From IMG/VR virus record IMGVR_UViG_3300037424_000161, positions 1 through 51,291 of that record: DNA of 51,291 nt; one strand, written 5' to 3'. Below, one piece after another: positions 1-7,207 of this stretch. The notes beneath the pieces were generated by a model. The model was not told the origin of the DNA and did not search any database. It saw only the letters and a program-made list of their open reading frames with translations. The position numbers and the translations under genes were made by a program. Source of the stretch: a virus. Each line of letters begins with the position of its first letter. Positions within the stretch are counted from its first letter, which is position 1.

Positions 1-127
1 GTGCACCATTTTCGAGGACTTGATCGCCTTGGATTCCGCATCAGCGGATACCGTCGCGGCAATCTCGAACTCACCCGTAATCACATAGCTCGATACGTCA
101 GCCTTATTGATTGTCGTCATAGTACAT
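1..127. repeat. Terminal direct repeat, left copy (identical to 51165..51291); circular-contig overlap or terminal redundancy
   Basis: Bases 1-127 (gtgcaccattttcgagg...ttgtcgtcatagtacat) recur base-for-base at 51165-51291. Bases 1..120 duplicate the 5' part of minus-strand CDS 50910..51284. Confidence 0.95.
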
Positions 128-241
128 TCCCCTTTCATCGGGAAGTGTACCACGCGGGCGCTAGTTGAATTGTCAAAGATCAACATGGAGATGGATTTGA
201 GGCGTCTCGCACCTCATGTTTCATCCACCCTCATTGAATCC

Positions 242-269
242 ATCATACCGCTCATTCCATGAATGTCAA
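242..269 (-). promoter_or_regulatory. Possible sigma70-type leftward promoter for the first early gene
   Basis: On the minus strand: TTGACA (269..264), 16-nt spacer, TATGAT (247..242). It lies upstream of ATG at 120 (= 51284). No extended -10. Confidence 0.3.
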
Positions 270-408
270 GTTATTTCGTATCGGCCATGTATAACCGTTG
301 TCAATGGGGGTATTTAGGTCCATAGACCGTCGGGTTAGCTTGTCTCCGTAATGTGCCTAGTATGTAAAATGTCCAACATTGTACAATCAACTATGTTGAA
401 GGCAAAAA

Positions 409-433
409 AGTTTGTTCAAAATTTAAATGAACT
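409..433. repeat. 25-bp palindromic motif, copy 1
   Basis: agtttgttcaaaatttaaatgaact; sits in the divergent control region, 57 nt upstream of the -35 at 490. Confidence 0.85.
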
Positions 434-489
434 ACATGTAGTCTCTATTAGTATAGAAGAGTAGTAATAAAATTGTACGAAATTATGTC

Positions 490-518
490 TTGACATACAC
501 CTAATTCTGTGTTATGAT
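490..518 (+). promoter_or_regulatory. Near-consensus sigma70-type promoter for the rightward arm
   Basis: TTGACA (490-495), 17-nt spacer, TGT-TATGAT (extended -10; -10 at 513-518). AGGAG at 528-532 and ATG at 544 follow. Confidence 0.6.
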
Positions 519-543
519 GGTAACAATAGGAGACTTGTATTCA

Positions 544-1167
544 ATGAGTAGTCAAGTGCAAGTTAGAGATGGTCTATATGGGTTTGAATTTAGAGATGTG
601 GATAAGCGTAGAGCTAAAGATGGCGAGAGGAAAACGTATGAGGCGAAGGCTCTATGGCAGAGACATCATGAAATTGTCAACTTGACAGCTCAGGGATATA
701 AACAAGTAGAAGTTGCTCGTATTCTAAATATAGACCCACAGACAGTCTCTAACGTCCTCAATAGTGGGTTAGGTAAATATAAGCTCTCGGAAATAAGACA
801 GGACCGAGATGAGGAAACTAAGCTCGTCGTTGAGAAAGTCCGAGTCCTCACTGAACAAGCCCTTAACATATACCAAAATATACTAGACAACGAGAATGGT
901 GCAGCTACCATTAAAGACCAGAAAGACGTAGCTGATACTGTAGTACTCGAACTCAGTGGTCTACGTGTGCCCACTCGCATACAAAGTAATTCAATCAGTA
1001 CTATACTTTCAGCTGCTGAGCTGGAGGAATTCAAACAGCGTGGGATTAAAGCCGCGCGCGAGTCTGGATTAGTAATAGATGTCACTCCTGAGGCAAAACC
1101 AGTTAAATTTGTTGAACCTGAATCACAAGTTAATGTTGGAGATCTCCCAGAATGCAGGAACAAGTAA
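544..1167 (+). CDS. HTH DNA-binding protein (candidate regulator or small-terminase-like)
   Basis: ORF 514..1167 trimmed to ATG 544 because the -10 box overlaps ATG 514. HTH-like LTAQGYKQVEVARILNIDPQTVSNVL. First gene of the rightward arm. Confidence 0.6.
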   Translation: MSSQVQVRDGLYGFEFRDVDKRRAKDGERKTYEAKALWQRHHEIVNLTAQGYKQVEVARILNIDPQTVSNVLNSGLGKYKLSEIRQDRDEETKLVVEKVRVLTEQALNIYQNILDNENGAATIKDQKDVADTVVLELSGLRVPTRIQSNSISTILSAAELEEFKQRGIKAARESGLVIDVTPEAKPVKFVEPESQVNVGDLPECRNK

Positions 1168-1427
1168 GATCATTCCTCTCTCACGACTGGACGAAGGTAT
1201 TTGCAATAATAGTAACTTTAGTAGGAATAGCAGTGGCCTTTGAGCATCGGATTACGATAGCAGAGGCAACTATCAATGACATTCAGTCGCATAAAACTGA
1301 GGATGTCACCAGATTTGAGAAAATAGAAAATGGACTATCTGGTGTGTCCATAAATAGTCTTAAACAAAGTATCATTTTAGATTCACTCGAAAAGCGGATG
1401 ACAGCACTTGAGTTGAAGAAGAGATAA
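1152..1427 (+). CDS. Membrane-anchored coiled-coil protein (holin/spanin-like by architecture only)
   Basis: 91 aa. N-terminal hydrophobic helix VFAIIVTLVGIAVAF, then a heptad-like segment. The start overlaps the upstream stop. Confidence 0.5.
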   Translation: MQEQVRSFLSHDWTKVFAIIVTLVGIAVAFEHRITIAEATINDIQSHKTEDVTRFEKIENGLSGVSINSLKQSIILDSLEKRMTALELKKR

Positions 1428-1451
1428 CCCAGCCCATCTGCCCTGGACAGT

Positions 1452-1874
1452 ATGACGAAACTTACGCTCAATCGTAGAATATTTACACAGCACTCAACTA
1501 TCGGAGAGTTGTTGATCGATGGAAAGTGGCAGTGTTGGACACTTGAGGATGTAGTAAGGAAAGGTGAGAAAATACCGGGACATACAGCTATTCCTGAAGG
1601 ACATTATGAAGTGATTCTGTCGCCCTCGAATAGATTCAAGCGACTGATGCCTTACTTACTCAATGTACCTAACTTCACAGGTATTATGATTCATCCTGGT
1701 AACACAGACGCTGACACTCATGGATGTATCTTGGTTGGTCAGACACGTAATACAGACTTCATCGGTGCGAGCAAATTGGCATTTAACGCACTTTATGCAG
1801 TCTTAACTGACTTGCTAGCACTCGACAGAGTATTCATCACCGTCACTCATATTGACGAGCTGACGTGGCCTTAG
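1452..1874 (+). CDS. Hypothetical protein, possible cell-wall hydrolase/peptidase (DUF5675-like by recollection)
   Basis: 140 aa. Segment IHPGNTDADTHGCILVG has His/Asp/Cys spacing suggestive of a metal or catalytic site. Located among small membrane proteins. Confidence 0.4.
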   Translation: MTKLTLNRRIFTQHSTIGELLIDGKWQCWTLEDVVRKGEKIPGHTAIPEGHYEVILSPSNRFKRLMPYLLNVPNFTGIMIHPGNTDADTHGCILVGQTRNTDFIGASKLAFNALYAVLTDLLALDRVFITVTHIDELTWP

Positions 1875-1897
1875 TTCATTTAAATTTTGAACAAACT
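1873..1897. repeat. 25-bp palindromic motif, copy 2
   Basis: agttcatttaaattttgaacaaact; followed within 3 nt by GGAGG and ATG 1911. Confidence 0.9.
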
Positions 1898-1910
1898 TTG
1901 GAGGTCTCAA

Positions 1911-2192
1911 ATGTCTGATGAAACTAAATTAATTGGTTCTTTGACAGTAGCTGAATTTCGCTCACTGTTCTTCCCAGATCGCTCTAGTTCATTCAGATCA
2001 CCTGAACTTATAGTGGCCCCTCCACCTCCAGCCATTCCTAAACAAGGTAAAGACTACGTAACTGTAGGTGACATGATCTCTCACACTGAGGAAGAGTGGG
2101 AGGGCATCCTTGGTTATAAAGTTCCTAAACCACAGATGCTCACTTGGTGGGTTAATGAGCCTGACAAAAAGCTTGTCATTCTTAAGGGGTAA
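1911..2192 (+). CDS. Hypothetical protein
   Basis: ORF 1887..2192 trimmed. The TTG at 1887 lies inside the palindrome, whereas ATG 1911 has GGAGG 5 nt upstream. Confidence 0.55.
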   Translation: MSDETKLIGSLTVAEFRSLFFPDRSSSFRSPELIVAPPPPAIPKQGKDYVTVGDMISHTEEEWEGILGYKVPKPQMLTWWVNEPDKKLVILKG

Positions 2193-2195
2193 CCC

Positions 2196-2414
2196 TTGGA
2201 CTTCCTCAAATCTCAGTTTGACAAAGTCTTACTATCACTACTGTTCATTGCATCGGCTATTATGACAGTTGTCCTAATGCACTGGAACATGGATACTTCA
2301 ATGATAACCTGGAGCCAGTCCCTAACGACTGGCTTTGTAGGTGCGCTTCTCACACTCATCACTGGATCTCGTTTCACTGCACGTTCTAGTGATAAACCGC
2401 CCGGAGACAAGTAA
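2196..2414 (+). CDS. Small two-TM membrane protein (holin-like)
   Basis: 72 aa with TTG start and AAGGGG 6 nt upstream. Hydrophobic segments VLLSLLFIASAIMTVVLM and GFVGALLTLITG. Confidence 0.45.
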   Translation: MDFLKSQFDKVLLSLLFIASAIMTVVLMHWNMDTSMITWSQSLTTGFVGALLTLITGSRFTARSSDKPPGDK

Positions 2415-2569
2415 TGGACTTCTACATTTCAATGGCACTCTCTATTATCTTTCAAGTACTCAAACAAGCTGTAAAGAACAAGAAATCCAAGTCTGACATG
2501 AAGTCTGCATTTCTTAAACTTCGTGATCAGATCAATGTACTCTATGCCGGTGATAGGGATTTTGATTAG
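2414..2569 (+). CDS. Small hypothetical protein (51 aa, below ORF-track cutoff)
   Basis: ATG 2414 overlaps the upstream TAA (TAATG). Translates MDFYISMALSIIFQVLKQAVKNKKSK...; stop TAG at 2567-2569. Confidence 0.35.
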   Translation: MDFYISMALSIIFQVLKQAVKNKKSKSDMKSAFLKLRDQINVLYAGDRDFD

Positions 2570-2577
2570 GAGGAGCT

Positions 2578-3003
2578 ATGCGTAGGGTATTTCTGTTTCT
2601 GCTTCTGGCATTGCTGGCGGCTCCTGCATGGTCGCAGCAGATCACGAAGACCGTCGCCTGGGATGCGAGCTCGTCCGCAGCGACGGCACCGGTTGACAAT
2701 CCCGTGAAATACCGCCTCTACACCTGCGCCGATCAGACTTTCACCGGCTGCCAGGTGCAGGAGGCTGGGACCGCGCTCGAAATCCCGCACACATTCCAGA
2801 GCGGCACTGTATTTCAGTTCGCCACGGCCTACTGGTATGCACTCGTGGTTGACGGTGTGCCGCAAGGGGACATCGCGGAGAGCGGCAAGAGCAACGTCAT
2901 GCGGGTCACAGTGCAGATCCCTCCGGGCAACCCCGGCAATGCGAAGATCCGGGTTGTCGATGTCGAACCGACGAACAGCGGGCAGACCATTGGAGTGAAG
3001 TAA
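2578..3003 (+). CDS. Secreted protein with signal peptide, in G+C-rich island
   Basis: AGGAGG 6 nt upstream of ATG. N-terminus MRRVFLFLLLALLAAPAWSQQ is a classic signal peptide. Composition is visibly more G+C-rich than the flanks. Confidence 0.6.
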   Translation: MRRVFLFLLLALLAAPAWSQQITKTVAWDASSSAATAPVDNPVKYRLYTCADQTFTGCQVQEAGTALEIPHTFQSGTVFQFATAYWYALVVDGVPQGDIAESGKSNVMRVTVQIPPGNPGNAKIRVVDVEPTNSGQTIGVK

Positions 3004-3329
3004 TGTGTTGGCGCGGGCATGACCCGGAGCGGAGGAATAAGTACGGGCATTGCATGGACTGTCACGCAATCCTTATGCGGGCGCGACGGCACGGCAGACA
3101 GGCTCACCGGATGCCTCGTTATCGCTTGAACATTTCGGAATTTCACAGACTGACGAAAGGCAGAATGACAATCGTGGCGCAGTTAGCGGGAATCTCGCGG
3201 GACACTGTTCGATGCTGGCTCTCCGGTGCGCGTCACGCGGGCGGAAGTTGTGCGACGAACAGAGTAAGAGCGGAAGCGCTAACTGCGGTGTTTGGAATAC
3301 CTTTCGATTATTTATGGACGAGTATTTGA
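3003..3329 (+). CDS. Cys/His-rich HTH protein, in G+C-rich island
   Basis: TAATG overlap with the upstream gene. Contains CWRGH...HCMDCH and the HTH-like MTIVAQLAGISRDTVRCWLSG. Competing ORFs in this G+C-rich stretch lower confidence. Confidence 0.45.
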   Translation: MCWRGHDPERRNKYGHCMDCHAILMRARRHGRQAHRMPRYRLNISEFHRLTKGRMTIVAQLAGISRDTVRCWLSGARHAGGSCATNRVRAEALTAVFGIPFDYLWTSI

Positions 3330-3473
3330 CATAAGCAAAGTTCCAATAACCAGATTGCCGTTCGCATACTGGCTGGTATAAGTGTGATAGATTTAGTAAC
3401 AAGAATGAGGGCCACTACTAACTAGCAAGACTGTGAGAGGGAAGGCGGATATATACTAACGCCGGTGGCCCTC

Positions 3474-3498
3474 AGATCATTCAAAAATTGAACGAACT
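3474..3498. repeat. 25-bp palindromic motif, copy 3
   Basis: agatcattcaaaaattgaacgaact; abuts the inverted repeat 3407-3415/3465-3473; ATG 3500 follows after 1 nt. Confidence 0.85.
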
Positions 3499-3499
3499 A

Positions 3500-4561
3500 A
3501 TGGCACCTAAACTTTCAATTATCATCAGTAACCGTAACGACGTGGCAATGTTAGCTGTCACTGTTCGCTCCTGCATAGAGGAACTTCGTCCACTCGGACC
3601 CGGTGCAAGTGAGATAGTGATCGCTGACAACTCTGACAAGGACACCTTTCAGCTCCTAAATGGTGCTTTACCTTCTGGCTACTGCAGAGACAAACTCCTC
3701 AGAATCCTTCGTCAAGACTTTCCCTGCCTTTTCTCCGCACGAGAGTTAGCAGCTGAAAGGGCCCTTGGACAGTACATACTATGTCTCGACTCACATATGA
3801 TAGTCGGACGAGATGTCTTCATCGACCTTGTCGACTTCATGGACCGCCACTCAAATGACAGTGATCTGGGCTTCGCTCATGCTCCAATTTCCTGGGCTCA
3901 TCAGCATGAAGATCGCGCTCGTCATGACCGTGATATGAGTCAGCATGAACTTGGTGCATGGGGTACAGCGTACAAAACTGAGCGTACAATAACTTGGAAG
4001 GGAATGCCTTGGATATGTCGCAGGGAATGGTTCCTTGACCGGAACAAGGGACTAAACGGCTACGGTGCTCTCTCTGAGCATCGTGTGAGTTGGGGAGGAG
4101 GGGACTTGCACATAGGCGTTAAGCCTTGGTTACTTGGATTTAAAAACTGGGCAGTCCCCTCTAACCCATGCATACATATAGGGCCGTTTCCTAAAGTAGA
4201 TCTGGGCAAAGATCCAAATACCACTATTGTCAACAAAGCTCGCCCCGATCGCTATCGCCTCTACAATACAAGTGGAGAGTTCCCTCATACTTTTGGATTT
4301 CTCGTCTCCTGCTACGTACTCGGAGGCGAACCTATGATGCATCGTAATAAGAAAGCTATCACCGAGCACTTTGGACGATTTCTAAATGTTGACAAGTGGT
4401 GGTCGAAAGCTATAGAAATTGGCACTAACGAACGAAAGTGGTTACTTGATCGACAAGTTATGTCATTCGAACAGCTTCTCATAACTAAACCTTGGAACTC
4501 TAATGGCTCAAACTCAACGTCAAGCGACGGATGCACAGATCTACAAGCTGTGGCTGTCTAA
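3500..4561 (+). CDS. GT-A fold glycosyltransferase (GT2/GT27-like)
   Basis: LSIIISNRND...EIVIADNSDKD is a GT2-type N-terminus. ILCLDSHMIV is a DxH motif. WGGGDLHIGVKPWLLG...PCIHIG resembles the WGGENLE Gal/GalNAc-T motif. TTG 3488 trimmed to ATG 3500. Confidence 0.75.
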   Translation: MAPKLSIIISNRNDVAMLAVTVRSCIEELRPLGPGASEIVIADNSDKDTFQLLNGALPSGYCRDKLLRILRQDFPCLFSARELAAERALGQYILCLDSHMIVGRDVFIDLVDFMDRHSNDSDLGFAHAPISWAHQHEDRARHDRDMSQHELGAWGTAYKTERTITWKGMPWICRREWFLDRNKGLNGYGALSEHRVSWGGGDLHIGVKPWLLGFKNWAVPSNPCIHIGPFPKVDLGKDPNTTIVNKARPDRYRLYNTSGEFPHTFGFLVSCYVLGGEPMMHRNKKAITEHFGRFLNVDKWWSKAIEIGTNERKWLLDRQVMSFEQLLITKPWNSNGSNSTSSDGCTDLQAVAV

Positions 4562-4997
4562 AGTACATGATAATAGATACCTACGCCCACAGCGATGGGC
4601 AGAGCTTCTCAAAGTAATAGAGAAGTTTCGTGTAAAAACAGTAATTGAGTTTGGCTGTGGTGTTTCTACACTACTGATGGGTCATAGAGGTATCCGAGTT
4701 GACACTTATGAAACTGATCCTTTCTACCTAGACTTCGTCAAGTCTCTCAATCCACCTAACGTACTCTTTCACCTTCACAATAACGTAAACATAGATGTAT
4801 CTGGCACTTACGACATGGCTCTAGTCGACGGAGTCCTCCCCCGACAGCCTCAGCTAAAGGCCGTCCTGCCACTTACCAGACTAATCGCAATAGATGACTT
4901 TGGCCCACTTTATAAACGCGAGCTTGTACCACTGTTAGGCAATCATACTCGGCTTAATCCAGGCGCACCGTTAATGGCTATTTTCAAGATCGAATAA
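4503..4997 (+). CDS. Class I SAM-dependent methyltransferase-like protein
   Basis: 164 aa. Motif I-like VIEFGCGVST, acidic VDTYETD and DMALVDG. Overlaps the GT gene by 59 nt. Confidence 0.55.
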   Translation: MAQTQRQATDAQIYKLWLSKVHDNRYLRPQRWAELLKVIEKFRVKTVIEFGCGVSTLLMGHRGIRVDTYETDPFYLDFVKSLNPPNVLFHLHNNVNIDVSGTYDMALVDGVLPRQPQLKAVLPLTRLIAIDDFGPLYKRELVPLLGNHTRLNPGAPLMAIFKIE

Positions 4998-5011
4998 ATT
5001 TTGAACGAACT
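4987..5011. repeat. 25-bp palindromic motif, copy 4
   Basis: agatcgaataaattttgaacgaact; overlaps the stop of 4503..4997; GGAGA and ATG 5029 follow. Confidence 0.85.
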
Positions 5012-5028
5012 AATTGGAGATTAACTCC

Positions 5029-5202
5029 ATGAAGGTCACTAAACTGAAACAGCTACACCCTAATATGTGGGATGTAGTATATAAACAAGCAATGAATGAA
5101 CTTAAACGAGTTATTATAGTTCATGAGACTATAGCTCACAATGTAGCCTTTGTAGCATGTAGTCAGTTACATAAGGAACTAAAGGTTAAGACTGATAAAT
5201 GA
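5029..5202 (+). CDS. Small hypothetical protein
   Basis: ORF 5014..5202 trimmed to ATG 5029 (GGAGA 8 nt upstream). ATGA overlap with the terminase start. Confidence 0.5.
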   Translation: MKVTKLKQLHPNMWDVVYKQAMNELKRVIIVHETIAHNVAFVACSQLHKELKVKTDK

Positions 5203-6743
5203 TGGATCCTCAGATTAGTGAAATCTTAGTAAACTGCTCTATTTCCACCAGGATGATTGCTAAGACTTTCTTTCCTGAGCGATTCACCTTACCATTTGCA
5301 GAAAATATCCACGGGCCTATCTTCGATCTCATAGATGGACCCGATCAAAAAGTCGCCATTGCAGCCCCTCGAGGCTGGGGTAAGACCTCGGTAGTCGGTC
5401 TCGCACTAATGGCCCGTAAGATCATGTTTCGTCAGACTCCCTTTATCATCTACATCAATAAATCTGAAACTGCTGCCATCATGCAGACGGACAACTTACG
5501 TCGTGAACTTGTAACCAACCGTAACATCAAAGGATTCTTCGGCTCTGTTAAAACTCGCACCGCTGGCGATGACGAGATTGAAGAACAATTCTCAAAGAAA
5601 GCTTGGCTAGCCTATGATACCTTTGTACTTCCTCGTGGGGCAGGTCAGCAGGTTCGAGGTGTGCTCTTTAAAAACTCTCGTCCTGGCCTTATTGTCATTG
5701 ATGATCTGGAAGATCCAGACAAGATCGAGAATGAAGAAATACGAAAAGCTTGGTATCAGTGGCTATACGCTGATGTCATAAAGGCAGTTCCTCAAATCGG
5801 ACCTGAGGCGGCCAACTGGAAGATTGTCTACATTGATACACTGAAGCATGAAGACTCGGTTCTCCAAAAATTATTAGATTCGCCAGAGTGGAAATCTGTT
5901 CGTCTCGAAGCTTGTGACAACGACTTTCACTCGACCGCTCCTAACTTCATCTCTGATGAACAGATAATGAAGGAGTGGAATCACCACGTAGAGGCAGGTC
6001 AAACTGACGTATTCTTTCGTGAGTTTCGTAACCTACCTATTTCGACCAAGGATTCGGCCTTCCGCCAGGAATATTTCCATTACTACAACCTTCCTCATGA
6101 TCGAGGGAAGGGTGAACAGGACATTGACAAACTCGACGTAGACATTCAGGCAGATCAGAACATTGAAACAGTAGTCATCCTCGATCCTGCCAAGACTGTC
6201 AAGATTCACTCTGCTGAATCAGCTATCATCGGTATCGGTATTGACCTAACGAGTGCTCGTCTCTACATCCGTGATGCAGTATCCGAAAAGATGTATCCAG
6301 ATGAAATCTACGATGCCTTATTCGGTATGGCCACTCGTCTCGGTGCGAAGGTAATCGGAATTGAGGAAACATCTCTCAACGAGTTTATCAAACAGCCTAT
6401 CAAAAATGAGATGTTTCGCCGCGGGACATTCTTTGAGTTAGTATGGCTCAGTCCTAGAGGTGGCAACAAGAAACAAGAACGTATCAAGGAGCTAGTCCCT
6501 TACTATCGAGGTGGTTGTATCTACCATAATGCCTCTAATGTGGCTATCAAGAAACTTGAGCAACAGTTGCTGATGTTCCCTCGATCAGCTCTATGGGACA
6601 TGATGGATGCTGAAGCTTACATCATTGAGATGCTTGAACTCGGAGAACGATACTTCAGCCCTAAAGAAAATCCAGATGATGTTGAGTCTGAGTATAAGGA
6701 ACTATCTTATGATAAACCAGTTGAAGACTGGAGGTACATCTAA
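5199..6743 (+). CDS. terL: Terminase large subunit
   Basis: 514 aa. Walker A-like IAAPRGWGKTS and Walker B-like GLIVIDDLED. C-terminal nuclease-sized domain. Confidence 0.9.
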   Translation: MMDPQISEILVNCSISTRMIAKTFFPERFTLPFAENIHGPIFDLIDGPDQKVAIAAPRGWGKTSVVGLALMARKIMFRQTPFIIYINKSETAAIMQTDNLRRELVTNRNIKGFFGSVKTRTAGDDEIEEQFSKKAWLAYDTFVLPRGAGQQVRGVLFKNSRPGLIVIDDLEDPDKIENEEIRKAWYQWLYADVIKAVPQIGPEAANWKIVYIDTLKHEDSVLQKLLDSPEWKSVRLEACDNDFHSTAPNFISDEQIMKEWNHHVEAGQTDVFFREFRNLPISTKDSAFRQEYFHYYNLPHDRGKGEQDIDKLDVDIQADQNIETVVILDPAKTVKIHSAESAIIGIGIDLTSARLYIRDAVSEKMYPDEIYDALFGMATRLGAKVIGIEETSLNEFIKQPIKNEMFRRGTFFELVWLSPRGGNKKQERIKELVPYYRGGCIYHNASNVAIKKLEQQLLMFPRSALWDMMDAEAYIIEMLELGERYFSPKENPDDVESEYKELSYDKPVEDWRYI

Positions 6744-7207
6744 TGGCTGACAATCCTCAGAAATGGTCTGCCTACACAGCTGCAAAGACTGCATTGTTTG
6801 CAGCTACAGATTTAAAGAACTTGACGACTGGATCTGGTAAGCTATCAACGGCTTCAGCCATTAACAATGCAGCCGGAGATCAGCTAGCCGACCTCGAACT
6901 CTTAATTGATTTAGCAACTGCTGCAGCTGCTGGTGGCTACATTGCTATCTGGTTTATCAAAGCTCTCGATGCATCAAACTATGGAAGCGGCGCTGACGCA
7001 GTATTCCCAGCTAGACCCCCGGATGTAATTATTCCCGTGCGTTCGACCACGGATGACTCACAGGTCGTTACCATTGCTGGTGTACTGTGGCCTCAGGGGT
7101 TATTCAAAGTACTATTTCAGAATAACTCTGGTCAGACAACAACTAACACAGATAGTCTAACTCAAGTTTATTTCCGTTCCTATAACAATAATATAGTGAC
7201 TCCATAG
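6743..7207 (+). CDS. Hypothetical structural/accessory protein
   Basis: 154 aa; start overlaps the terL stop; first of four genes between terL and portal. Confidence 0.55.
   Translation: MADNPQKWSAYTAAKTALFAATDLKNLTTGSGKLSTASAINNAAGDQLADLELLIDLATAAAAGGYIAIWFIKALDASNYGSGADAVFPARPPDVIIPVRSTTDDSQVVTIAGVLWPQGLFKVLFQNNSGQTTTNTDSLTQVYFRSYNNNIVTP

Noticed and set aside
460-484. Additional degenerate copy of the 25-bp motif (agtagtaataaaattgtacgaaatt)
   Set aside because: Only the right half resembles the consensus and the sequence is not palindromic, so it was not counted.
128-513. Lysogeny switch (repressor/cro, integrase) at the divergent control region
   Set aside because: No integrase, excisionase or CI-like repressor ORF occurs anywhere. 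The divergent genes are an unknown early protein and an HTH protein heading the late arm, so the phage is most simply virulent.
514-543. ORF-track start codons at 514, 1887, 3488, 5014, 14231, 23627, 36773, 38154, 45950, 46847 and 50214
   Set aside because: These upstream starts are TTG/GTG or ATG codons lying inside promoter boxes, inside the 25-bp palindrome, or overlapping the preceding gene. Downstream ATGs with GGAG-type RBSs were preferred. For 14231, the frame is open further upstream and joins exon 1.
690-1163. Antisense ORFs such as 690..1163(-), 45199..45639(+), 50896..51252(+), 32301..32774(+) and 11751..12188(-)
   Set aside because: Each lies fully inside a better-supported gene on the opposite strand. 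They lack RBSs and have low-complexity Ser/Leu/Arg-rich translations.
2566-3402. Overlapping ORFs 2566..3069(-), 2829..3146(-), 3050..3334(+) and 3073..3402(-)
   Set aside because: High G+C suppresses stop codons in all frames. Only 2578..3003 (AGGAGG plus signal peptide) and the coupled 3003..3329 have start-site support.
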